A stretch of DNA of 64,000 nucleotides from Macrostomum lignano (lineage: Eukaryota), in assembly GCA_002269645.1 (NCBI GenBank), contig NIVC01000928.1, positions 1 through 64,000 on the forward strand, in the 5' to 3' direction. The notes below the pieces were generated by a model. The model did not search any database and was not told where the DNA came from. It saw only the letters and a program-made list of their open reading frames with translations. The position numbers and the translations under genes were made by a program. Of the stretch, positions 11,701 through 22,089 are shown piece after piece. The stretch's first letter is position 1; each line of letters begins with the position of its first letter.

Positions 11701-14700
11701 GGCAGAAGCGACAGTATCAAACGGTCCTTGGGTAAATCAGTTTGTTAATTTTACTATTACATTTTTATACAGAAGAACGTTACAATCGTCATTTTTTACT
11801 CCTCTTGACTGAGCGGGTGCTGTTTATCCCGAATCGATTTAAGGATCTGTGGTGACCACTAGGAATGATTCGAAAGTTGCTACGCAAGAAAACCATTGAA
11901 GAAAAAGTAATTAATTCCCTTTGGTTTTTGCAGGGCTTCTCGTGTGAGGAAAAGTATCAGCAAGAAATCATTGAGTAGAATAGACTCACTTCGGCTGCCT
12001 GGATACTTTAAGCTCTGGGCTTGAACTTCGATCTTATTGTGGCCAATGTGACAGCAGACCCTAATGCATTCGCTCTCATTTCCTTTGAGTTTATAAGGCT
12101 TCCTGTTTTGATTTTTGTCTTATGGATTTTATGCTTGTTAGTCTCATCAAAGTGAAATATTCGCCTTCACTTCCCGCCATTTCTCTTTGCAGAGTTTCCC
12201 TAGCCGGCGCTCACCAGCTTCTCCATTTCCAGCTTGGCGCGCAGTCCGGCTTCGTAATAGCGCCTGGTTTCCAGGAAAGTCTGCCGGCGGCCCATCTCCA
12301 CGGGGCCGTGCACGAAAACGCCCACTATGTTTGCGGCGAGCAAGTAGAACGCGTTGGCCGCAAGCTGCATGCAAGGGCAATGGGGGTTCAATGTACACCA
12401 GCCAGCTGCTACGGGGTGAAGAATTCAATATACATTGGCCATGTCACTGTGGGGTGGGAGTTCAATGTACATTGGCCAGCCACTGGGGGATAGGAGTTTA
12501 ATGTACATTGGCCAGCCACTGGGGGGATAGGAGTTCAATGTACATTGGCCAGCCGCTGAGGAGATGGGAGTTAAATGTACATTGGCCAGCCACTGGGGGA
12601 TGGGAGTTCAATTTACATTGGCCAGCCACTGGAGGGATGGGAGTTCAATGTACATTGGCCAGCCACTGGGGGGATGGGAGTTTAATGTACATTGGCCAGC
12701 CGCTAAAGGAAAGGAAATTTAAAGTAAATTATCCAGGGTATGGCAAATTGTTGTACCGATTAGCCAATCAATCTGTCAATGCGAGTTACGTGATTCAATA
12801 TTACGGAAACTAAAGGTCGATATGACGATATCAGAACAGAAAAGTGACAAAAAAGCTTTTATCACACACAAAAATTTTGACTACCACTACCAGCTCGTCA
12901 CGAATGTGATTTCTAATCCGTGAATTAAGGAACCAGTTTGAGAGCTTAATCTCTACAGAAAACTTGCTAGATCCGATCCAAAAGAATGCAGAAATGTTCT
13001 GTCTACCTTCAGCCTGCGAGCGTCAGTCGATGTGACTGACTCGGGGACGGGGTGGACTCCGGCCGCCCCCCCCCCCCAGGGGCATGAGAGGCAGGACTTC
13101 TCACAGTTGAGTGCGCAGGCGAGTGGACGACAGGCCTTTTGCCCGTGATCTTGTCGGGCCTAATTAGAGCGAGGCGGCCGTCAGGGTGTGAAAACGGGAG
13201 AATGTGGAGCAAAGATAAGATCCCGCTCGCTTCATTCAGCTGCTCAGTTCCTACTGGCACTGATACATTTTCTGACGTGACCTCCAACCAATAAAAGCTG
13301 CATTTTCGTGCAAGGTTATTTGGCTTAGGCTGACATCGCGTTTAAAAAGCAGTGAGCTGTTTACGCTTGAGCAGTCATCAATTTGAGAACGGTCGCCCGC
13401 GTGTCCGGTGGATATTCAGGTGGGGGCGAAGTGACCTCGGATGACCTTTTAGTGCTTACCTCGAATGGCAATCATCAAGGTTTGAGAAACCTTGATAATT
13501 GCCATAATTGGGAGAAAATCACACGCTCTTCTAATTGCACTCAAACGTGGAACTGTTGAAAAATTACCCGTTTACTCTGACTACAACCCGGGTGTAGCGG
13601 CCAAAATCCCAAGATTTCGACGCTACCCTAATTTATTAAATCAAATCGGGATTCGGGCAGACAAGATGATTTATTTGCTGCTGAGCCATTGAGTGTCTCT
13701 GAAATCTGGTTGAAAAGCAATGAGCCTACTCGCAGAATTGCTACAAAGTGTAGCGATGGCGAAGATGCTGGTTCAAGCGAGAGACGCCACCCCACTCCAG
13801 CTCGCGTACCCGAGCACCGAAATCCGGTCGGTTCATTCCAGAAATTCTAGACAACAGGTGCAGCATCATGATGAGGCCGCAGCAGGCCAGCAGGCTGCGA
13901 ACACGCAACGGCAAGAACAGGTAGGCGATGACCGTCATCAGCGAGCTGGTGAACAACCCGCTGCTCGGCTTCCAGCACAGCGGATCTGGCTCCTCGCCGA
14001 TGCGAATGACGCTGGCGCCCTGCAGCAGCAGGAAGCAGATGGCCAACCCGTAGCTCAGGTGCTGCTGCCGGGCCAGGCCAACGCGACAGCGCAGCATACC
14101 AATCAGGAGACCGCTGAAGCCGGCGAAGGCGACAGTGGAGAGGCTCAGGTGCAGCAGGGTGTTCTCAGATGGACCGCGGGCCGTCTGCGGCAGCTGCGTG
14201 ACGGCGGAACCGGCGCTCAGAAGCGTCAGCGTTGCCACCAGAACGAGCAGGGAGCGATGGTTCAGCCGGCGAAAGTACATCTGGTAGAGCTGCTCGAGCT
14301 CGGCGCCTGGGAACACCTTGGAAGAGAAGAGGCACTTGAACAGGATGGCCAGGAAGCGCCAACTCTCAGCGCAGTTCGCCGGCGGCTTGGTGTGCAGCAG
14401 GTCGCTGATGGTGTCCCGGTTCGGGTCCAGGCGCTGCAGGGCAGAGCTGTGCGACGATTCGGAGTCTCTGGGCCGAGTGTTCCATCGACCGCTGCTACTG
14501 CCAACCTTGCTGCCGCCGCGCGCACTGGCGGTGCCGCCGCCTTCGCTGCCACCGATTCTGACAATTTTCGTCGTTCTCTGAAGTCGCTGCCAGCCCGACG
14601 GGCGATCCGGGTTTCTTCGAAGCATTCGGGCGACTTCCTTCGGCGCCGATATTTGGTCGCCGTTGCCGACTGAAACTGGATCGGCGTCCACCATCGGGGC

Positions 14701-14715
14701 CGGGTGGACGCTCAT
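2713..14715 (-). CDS. ADCY: Transmembrane adenylyl cyclase (class III, ADCY5/6-like N-terminus), 11 coding exons
   Basis: Exons traced with GT-AG: 14715-13810, 12364-12215, 11726-11605, 10365-10126, 8992-8618, 8122-7960, ~7417-7229, 6125-6035, 5952-5860, 5323-5189, 4551-3769 and the terminal exon 3053-2713 (12 segments counting the last). C1 motifs: [41 protein letters not shown]2 motifs: [50 protein letters not shown]. The Lys/Asp ATP-specificity pair and the catalytic Asn/Arg are present. There is a 1-nt frameshift near 3913 and a phase mismatch at 7960/7417. Confidence 0.93.
3395..3742 (+). repeat. 25-nt minisatellite (aactgacacaataccaaacagacac)n in cyclase intron
   Basis: Visible tandem units; reverse complement of the array at 4605-5035. 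Confidence 0.9.
4605..5035 (-). repeat. Same 25-nt minisatellite, inverted (agttgtgtctgtttggtattgtgtc)n
   Basis: The unit is the exact reverse complement of the 3395-3742 unit. Confidence 0.9.
5481..5724 (+). mobile_element. tRNA-derived SINE family A, full-length-looking copy in cyclase intron
   Basis: Pol III A-box-like (tagtggtcagagc) and B-box (ggttcgattccc) head. The body cacccagctgtaaaatgggtgccagcattagctggggtaattgagggt is shared with 17209-17453. AT-rich tail. Confidence 0.75.
6550..7170. repeat. 20-nt minisatellite (ctatctaccaatctgtgttc)n
   Basis: Tandem units, degenerating at the right end; intronic. Confidence 0.9.
7440..7920. repeat. 12-nt minisatellite (gactgtgaccca)n
   Basis: Tandem units in cyclase intron; source of the (HSLG)n ORF tail. 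Confidence 0.9.
8140..8520. repeat. (AGAGT/AGACT)n pentamer microsatellite
   Basis: Direct reading. Confidence 0.9.
9135..9478 (+). mobile_element. SINE family B copy 1 (tRNA-like head)
   Basis: Head ggagccgtagcccagtggtccagcgc...ggctcgattccc (A/B-box-like). Collinear with 20641-20959, including the long shared block gtgtgcctgctcaggggagtcggcggaatgggcagtaatgcctctcgccggttgtgtgacaat. Confidence 0.7.
11225..11508. repeat. ~38-40-nt minisatellite gaaattcagatgtacatttggccttcgc(G)n ac, ~7 copies
   Basis: Tandem units with a variable G run. Confidence 0.85.
12415..12702. repeat. ~35-nt minisatellite ggagttcaatgtacattggccagccactggggga
   Basis: About 8 tandem copies in cyclase intron 1. Confidence 0.85.
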
Positions 14716-16136
14716 TGCCGTCCTCAGGATGAAGTTTCTGTGGCTTCTGAGTGCTGATTTAATTGGATCCTGCAGCAAGATAGAAATGGAGTAGTTTTGT
14801 TGGTGCTCTACAGGTATTAGCGGGTTACCGTATTCAACAACAACGCAAAAAAGGTCTTGTGTTTTCACAAAGTATGAGCAGCATCACAGGGCAAACGTCG
14901 CGTGTGTTCAAAGTACTCAAAGTACTTATAAAGGTAATTCACAACGAAAATCGGTTAAAAAGTCACAAGGAAGACCTCAATCTTCTTTAGAAGATCATCT
15001 TCGTTCACGGAAAAAAAATCATGCGGACGCACAGACAGACAGAACCAATTCTGTATATTTCAGGTAGGGACGATTACCGGTATTCAAATAGGAATACCTA
15101 CGAATTTTCAAGCGTTGTAGCTGAAACCTTGATTCAGACTTGGCTTTGCCGCCGCTTCCGAACTCGAAGAGCTCTTTCTTCTTTTGCCATGCAACTCGGG
15201 CAGATGGAGAGCTGTTTAAATAGCCGTTAAAGCCTCCCTCCAGCTTCGATTAAATGCATTGGTGCAATGTTGCCGCCCCAGCTCGGCTGTTTGCTCACCA
15301 GAGTAGATAAGGAAGCAGGGTCGGACTTGAGCAAGTGAGGCTCTTAGCAACAGCTGAGGCCAAACTAAGATTTCGTATGAGATTTGATAATAAAGAGAAC
15401 ACGTGTGTTTCTGAGATTCTGGGCCACCCACATCCTTAGGCTTATTCTACTCGTACTCGCGTAGACGTGCCGCATCGATATGAATTTTGTCAGGCCCAGC
15501 TTCCCAGCTGCATCACACATTGGAGTAGTCCTTCAGACTCGATAGGCAACAGTCTGACTGAGGTTGGACTTAGCATAAATCCCGAGCTGATACCGCTGGG
15601 CCTTCGAACTCAGACTTTATGAAGTCTTTTCCCGTGAAACATAAGTCAACTCTGGTTGAGCAAGCATGAGATAAGAGCACAAAACTGCTGAGGCAAAATG
15701 TCAGGCATCGTGGTGTGATGGAAAATCTGTTCTCGGAAGCTTATCTGTTACTGAAATTCGAAAGACAACAAAAATTTCGCTTACAGTGTTGATGAAGCGG
15801 GATTCTGTGCGGTATAAGAAAGAAAAGCACAGAAATGCAATTGAAAATTTTATGCACGCGGGCTTCGCACATTCAAAAATCAATTTCGATGATTGCGGTG
15901 AGGTCATCGCCACAATCAGTCTTTTTGCCTGCGTTTATTGTCATCTCGTTCAACGGTTACTCAGATTGCTGAATAAGTAGTAGAAATTATTTATTAAAGC
16001 TGCTTGCAAATTACTTTATTGACCATTTTGGCAGGAAAAATAGTCAATTTTCACTTGAATCTCAAATAGATGACAAGTTTGCTTTCTTTAAGTGATCGTG
16101 TTGTCAGTTGGTCATTCATTTCTGGATCCTTGACTG

Positions 16137-17569
16137 TCACTCCGAACGCTTTTTTAGGATGTCCCGGTCCAGCATGAAGTCGGGGTACCTGGTGAAGCGT
16201 TTCTTCAGAATGCCCCGGTCCAGCATGAAGTCGGGGTACCTGGTGAAGCGCTTCTTCAGAATGCCACGGTCCAGCATGAAGTCGGGGTACCTGGTGAAGC
16301 GTTTCTTCAGAATGCCACGGTCCAGCATGAAGTCGGGGTACCTGCTGAAGCGTTTCTTCAGAATGCCCCGGTCCAGCATGAAGTCGGGGTACCTGGTGAA
16401 GCGTTTCTTCAGAATGCCCCGGTCCAGCATGAAGTCGGGGTACCTGGTGAAGCGTTTCTTCAGAATGCCCCGGTCCAGCATGAAGTCGGGGTACCTGGTG
16501 AAGCGTTTCTTCAGAATGCCCCGGTCCAGCATGAAGTCGGGGTACCTGGTGAACCGCTTATCAAGGTGCTTGATGCCGTCGTCCTGGTGAACGTTCTTCG
16601 TATCATCATGGTGCTTCTCTGCACCAGTTACATCCAATCTGCAAGGGAGAATGCAAAACTTCAGAATTAGACCACATGTAGCTGAAGGTCTAGCAAGTCC
16701 AGTTTGCATTCAGTGCCAGTATTTTCTTCAAGGGGCCACCTTATCACGAGCTAAACTTAATAAAAATGTAATCAAATCCGTCTCTGCGACCCTGGGCGTC
16801 TGTCTCTTGTCACGGAATTTTGTGTTACTACGCAGGCCAAAAGCTCCTCAGACATCTCAAGAGCTCTTCTGGTGAAAAGAGACCTTGGGCTTCTCAGTTT
16901 AGACCACAGACGCCCCTATTTATTCCAGATTATGTAAGCCCAATGATTAAAAGTTTATATGCATTTTACAGTCCACTGGGACTGCAGATGATCTCTTGTC
17001 AGCGTGTGTCCCATCCCAAATCTTGGGTTTCAGATCTGAAGTCGCATAGGAAAGACTAATGCATTGAGAAGCTCTACAATGAAAGCTCAAAGGCCAGAGG
17101 TGACAACTCAGAATTTCGCTATCCGTTCAAGAAGTCGTGTTCTATCCGCTTTCCTAGTTTTGAATTGGGTCCTCGCAGCAAGAGGCGGTCTGTTGTTAGA
17201 CCAAAAATGTGTTGTAGCCTAGTGCTTAGAGAGGGGTTCGATTCTCAACCTACTTAAAAATTGTATCCTTAAGCAAGACACCTAATTCTGCATTGCTTCA
17301 CTACACCCAGCTGTAAAATGGGTGCCAGCATTAGCTGGGGTAATTGAGGGTGAGTGTGGGGACCCCCCAGTCCTTGGACTGAACAGCCGTACGCAGCCTT
17401 CAGATGCTTCAGAGCTGTCGGCTGCAAATCTTCCCATTATGGCAGGTGTAATGAAAAATACAAATTTTAAGACATGTCATTTAAACTATTTAGCTGGGCA
17501 GATAGTTACTACAGGAACTCACACCACGGCGCCGAGCAGGACTATCGACAGAATCAATGGCGATCGCAT
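16137..17569 (-). CDS. Secreted neuropeptide/prohormone precursor, 182 aa, 2 exons (17569-17523, 16638-16137), 8 x F(T/S)RYPDFMLDR(G/D)IL
   Basis: Exon 1 (ATG..gtg gt|GTGAGT) joins in phase 2 to ttgcag|a ttg gat. This gives MRSPLILSIVLLGAVVLDVTGA (signal-peptide-like), then EKHHDDTKNVHQDDGIKHLD-KR and eight 17-codon units ending KKR, then SE*. Variation between units is mostly synonymous (CGG/CGT, AAA/AAG). AATAAA lies at 15990-15995. Confidence 0.88.
17209..17453 (+). mobile_element. SINE family A copy in the prohormone intron (antisense to host)
   Basis: Shares cacccagctgtaaaatgggtgccagcattagctggggtaattgagggt...ccccccagtccttggactga with 5481-5724. Has a degenerate tRNA head (tagcctagtg...ggttcgattc). 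Confidence 0.7.
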
Positions 17570-17757
17570 GGCAAAGCACTTTCTATAGTCAGAAGCGGAG
17601 CCTCTTCAGAAAGTTTCTTTCAGAAAGAGGGTCTTTTTAATTGTTGAGAGACTCTATCGCTGGGAAGCAGATGGCTCGGTAATGAAGACAAATGCGCTTG
17701 GAATAAAGGAAAAAGTTTTTATGCCAGCGACTCGGCTCTCTGGGCTAGAATGCGCCG

Positions 17758-17866
17758 TTATAAAGGGAAGCGTCACTGGGAACTCGCGCGCCTCCACACC
17801 CCGTCCCCTGCAGCAGTCGCAGCCATCGCATCCGCGCCTTCTCTCATCTTCCCACCCTTTCATTGG
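17758..17866 (-). promoter_or_regulatory. Candidate core promoter of the prohormone (TATA-like TTTATAA at 17764-17758, CCAAT at 17866-17862)
   Basis: The motifs lie ~190 and ~295 nt upstream of the ATG in the correct orientation; motif match only. Confidence 0.35.
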
Positions 17867-18061
17867 CTGCTGGGCCTCCTCGCCATATTCCTATGCCTTT
17901 GCGGGAAAGAAATTGAGAAGCGTTTGAAGAATCGCCCGGTCTAAAGATGATTAATTGACAGGGTCAGAAAAGCGACTTCATCCTGGCCATCTTAATTTAA
18001 GAATTGAGGGATGACCTGAAAGCGTATTGAAACTCAAAATTTGAAACTTAAAAGTTAAGCG

Positions 18062-18925
18062 ATGGGCGCTGCGGTGGGATTTTAACCCTCAGGTTGCAGA
18101 GGTGGGATGTGAACCCTCGGGTGGCAGCGGTGGGATGTGAACCCTCGGGTGGCAGCGGTGGGATGTGAACCCTCAGGTGGCAGCGGTGGGATGTGAACCC
18201 TCGGGTGGCAGCGGTGGGATGTGAACCCTCGGGTGGCAGCGGTGGGATGTGAACCCTCGGGTGGCAGCGGTGGGATGTGAACTCTCGGGTGGCAGAGGTG
18301 GGATGTGAACCCTCAGGTGGCAGCGGTGGGATGTGAACCCTCAGGTGGCAGAGGTGGGATGTGAACCCTCAGGTGGCAGAGGTGGGATGTGAACCCTCAG
18401 GTGGCAGCGGTGGGATGTGAACCCTCAGGTGGCAGAGGTGGGATGTGAACCCTCGGGTGGCAGCGGTGGGATGTGAACTCTCGGGTGGCAGAGGTGGGAT
18501 GTGAACCCTCAGGTGGCAGAGGTGGGATGTGAACCCTCAGGTGGCAGAGGTGGGATGTGAACCCTCAGGTGGCAGAGGTGGGATGTGAACCCTCAGGTGG
18601 CAGAGGTGGGATGTGAACCCTCAGGTGGCAGAGGTGGGATGTGAACCCTCAGGTGGCAGAGGTGGGATGTGAACCCTCAGGTGGCAGAGGTGGGATGTGA
18701 ACCCTCAGGTGGCAGCGGTGGGATGTGAACCCTCAGGTGGCAGAGGTGGGATGTGAACCCTCGGGTGGCAGCGGTGGGATGTGAACTCTCGGGTGGCAGC
18801 GGTGGGATGTGAACTCTCGGGTGGCAGAGGTGGGATGTGAACTCTCGGGTGGCAGAGGTGGGATGTGAACCCTCAGGTGGCAGAGGTGGGATGTGAACTC
18901 TCGTGTGGCAGCGGTGGGATGTGAG
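18062..18925. repeat. 28-nt minisatellite (ggtgggatgtgaaccctcaggtggcaga)n, ~30 copies
   Basis: Direct reading. Confidence 0.92.
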
Positions 18926-20184
18926 TCTTCAACCTTTATTCAAGATCGTCTCAAATTCAGAAGCCACATAATATTCACTTACTTCTCGGTACCTCGATAA
19001 TATGCTGAAAATATAATTTTTTCTCACCCCTCCCCACAAAACAAGTGCACCCACTGAAACAGAAAATAATTGATTTGGCTAGAGAAATCAATCACTTTAT
19101 TGTGGGTGGCAGTGATGTATCTATTTTATTCCCTTCAATTCTTTCTCTCTCTCTACTTGTAATCCCGACCCTTGTTCCCCCAGTTTCCTTCTATATCGTT
19201 TCCTTCCAGCATCCATCGCGAAACAGATGAAGCGAGCGGGCATAAACTGCCTGGATATTTCAGCTCGCACAGACAGGCAGGAGATCCCAGAACAATCCCT
19301 GTTCCCCCGACCCCAATTGCACTATTTGATCAGCAAGGGGAGGCAGCACACGGCTTGCTCTCTTTATCAGCCCCTGCTCGCGCTAATTGAGTTATAAGCG
19401 GACAGGAATGATGCAGGGAGTTGAGCTCTTGTCTGACCCTGTCAGGACTGAGGCAATTTAAATCCGGGCCCTGAGAGCCCAGAGCCAGGTTTAAAGTTTC
19501 TCGCTCCTGTGTGATGACTTTTTCGACTAAAAACTTGCTTAAAAAGCTCATCGGCTAAACTTGTTCCGGACTTGTTACTGTAGGGGAGACTTTCTGAGTT
19601 TGTTTGAGTTCTCTCATAGCTACATGCTCGCAAAAAAAGATTATTAAAGTTTCAAGTGAACTTTTGCAACACTGTCCCGATGGGGCGTGGATAATCTGAG
19701 ATTATTCAGACCCAGCGAACAAAAATCCATCATCCAGACCAGACACTGATAGCGGTGTTTGCAGTTGAAATATTGTGTCAATATGTACATTTAATTAAGC
19801 AAATCGAAAAGTTTCACCTGATTGGTCTGAGAAATGATGGTGTCCGCGTTCTCATTTGAAAAACAAGTTTGACTAATCGGTCGGTCTGACTATTTTGAGC
19901 TGAACTCAAACAATGTTTTTTCCATTTCTCCCACAGCGAGCGGTAAGGCAGATCCGCTCCGTTCCGCTGACTCCCGAACACGCGCTCACACAGGGTGTAC
20001 CGGTACAGCTGCCCTGACTTTATTTATCGTCAGGCATGTGCACTTGGAGGTGTTGGCCAAGGACCACTAGGAACACTTCGTTAGTCTAGTCTAGGCTAGT
20101 AGTCCTTGGTGTTGGCTCTCATGAGTGTGAATCGTACGACAAGACTGACCAATTTTGATGTGTCCGCTCACGGAAGGTTGAGCG

Positions 20185-20365
20185 GCATTCAGAGAGTTGA
20201 GCAGCATACAGAGAGTTGAGCAGCATACAGAGAGTTGAGCAGCATTCAGAGAGTTGAGCAGCATACAGAGAGTTGAGCAGCATACAGAGAGTTGAGCAGC
20301 ATACAGAGAGTTGAGCAGCATACAGAGAGTTGAGCAGCATACAGAGGGTTAAGCAGCATACCTGT
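20185..20365. repeat. 19-nt minisatellite (agagagttgagcagcatac)n
   Basis: Direct reading. Confidence 0.85.
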
Positions 20366-20640
20366 ATAGCTAGCATTAGTCACGTGCCGGTAAACAGAGC
20401 GAAATTAAGATAATTGGCCTCCGGCATCAGAACTCAATGCCAGCCAGCAAGTATAAATACATATCGCCTAATTAGCAAGTCTGAAGCATTGTTAGAAACC
20501 AAAGTTGATTCATCCCAATGCGAGTAGAAATATCTGGGAATTATATTTTTAAAAGGCAGTCGCATTTGCCTATTTTCAGCCTTTATGCATTCACCTCTTC
20601 TGTTTGCTAATCATGCGAGTGTCACAGGTGCCACAAATGA

Positions 20641-20959
20641 GGGGGCGTGGCCTAGCAGGCTAGCGCGGCGTTCTGGTGTGCCAGCGGCCCAGGCTCGATT
20701 CCAAGTGCAGCTACAGATTATTTAGGGGCTAAATTGGAATCTCGGCTTGGCTCTGCTCGTGCAATTAACGCCTTTAAGGGCCAACCCCCAAGGCACAGTG
20801 CAGTGTACACGCCTGCCTAACGATAAATAAAGTTATGGTCGCTGCCTGTGCGTATGACTGCGTACGTATCCGCGCGCTTGTGTGCCTGCTCAGGGGAGTC
20901 GGCGGAATGGGCAGTAATGCCTCTCGCCGGTTGTGTGACAATGTCGCTTAAAGTGCGCC
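20641..20959 (+). mobile_element. SINE family B copy 2
   Basis: Collinear with 9135-9478 (ggggctaaattggaatctcggcttggctctgctc...aaagtgcgc). Confidence 0.7.
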
Positions 20960-21379
20960 AGGTCCCTGCCAGTAACAATGCATTATTCTACTCATGGTAG
21001 CAAGCAGACTTGGATTTTACATCAAAACCTAGAAAATATGAAAATAAGAATATTCCACTTTACCTACGCGTTGCCTTTACTACTACTAAAAGTAGGTGAG
21101 AAAAAATTTCTGATTGCTTTAAATTCCAAAAGCTGGACGCTTGTTAAAATAATCTGGAATCAAAGATTGCATTTTATTTTGTTGGGTGCCTGCAGGCATG
21201 CGATTGAGTGGAGGAGGTGCTCAATGCTTTGGAAAAATCGGATGTGTTTCCTAGCAAACAAAATGCTACAATATGATCATAATAAATTACAGAATGTGAG
21301 CTGTGCTAAATTGCTTGAGTAAATAAGGTGACAGAGAATCTTTTCAGATGTGCAGTCTCTTCTTCATCGTCGATAGACA

Positions 21380-21905
21380 GTTCTCATCACTATGACCATA
21401 CTCATCACTATGACCATACTCATCACTATAACCATACTCATCCCCATGATCATCCTCATCACTATGACCATACTCATCCTCATGACCATCTTCATCACCA
21501 TGGCCATCCTCATCACTATAACCATACTCATCACTATAACCATACTCATCACTATGACCATACTCATCACTATGACCATACTCATCACCATGACCATAGT
21601 CATCACCATGACCATAGTCATCACCATGACCATACTCATCACCATGACCATAGTCATCACCATGACCATAGTCATCACCATGACCATACTCATCACTATG
21701 ACCATACTCATAAACATGACCATACTCATCACTATAACCATACTCATCACTATAACCATACTCATCACTATAACCATACTCATCACTATAGCCATATTCA
21801 TCACCATGACCATAGTCATCACCATGACCATACTCATCACTATAACCATACTTATCACTATAACCATACTCATCACTATGACTATACTCATCACCATAAC
21901 CATAC
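21380..21905. repeat. 18-nt minisatellite (catcactatgaccatact)n
   Basis: Tandem units; open in three frames (His-rich, ITMTIL, MSMVIV). Confidence 0.85.
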
Positions 21906-22089
21906 TAAGAAAATTTGCATCACCATCAATAGGATCCTTCCCAATGAACACCAGAAAAGCTTTACGAGTCCAGGTAGTATTTGCTAGAGCTTGCATGCCT
22001 ATAACAAAATTTGATCAATAAACGTCTGGGATCACTACTGCCTGCATCCCATTATAGCAGGACCCCCCACAGAGTGACCGAGCGACTTC

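Noticed and set aside
13720-14673. 317-aa plus-strand ORF, and similar antisense ORFs at 23678-24706 and 62373-62846
   Set aside because: They are shadows of GC-rich coding exons on the opposite strand.
20057-20109. Small hairpin ccaaggac-c-actag…ctagt-a-gtccttgg
   Set aside because: 13 of 14 bp with a 25-nt loop, single occurrence, and no TSD or miRNA-like extended stem; likely chance or a decayed MITE.
21328-21987. His-rich (HHYDHT)n ORF as a metal-binding protein
   Set aside because: Unit variation falls at first and second codon positions in that frame, other frames are equally open, the start is GTG, and I found no convincing gene structure. Treated as a minisatellite just downstream of FBXL7.
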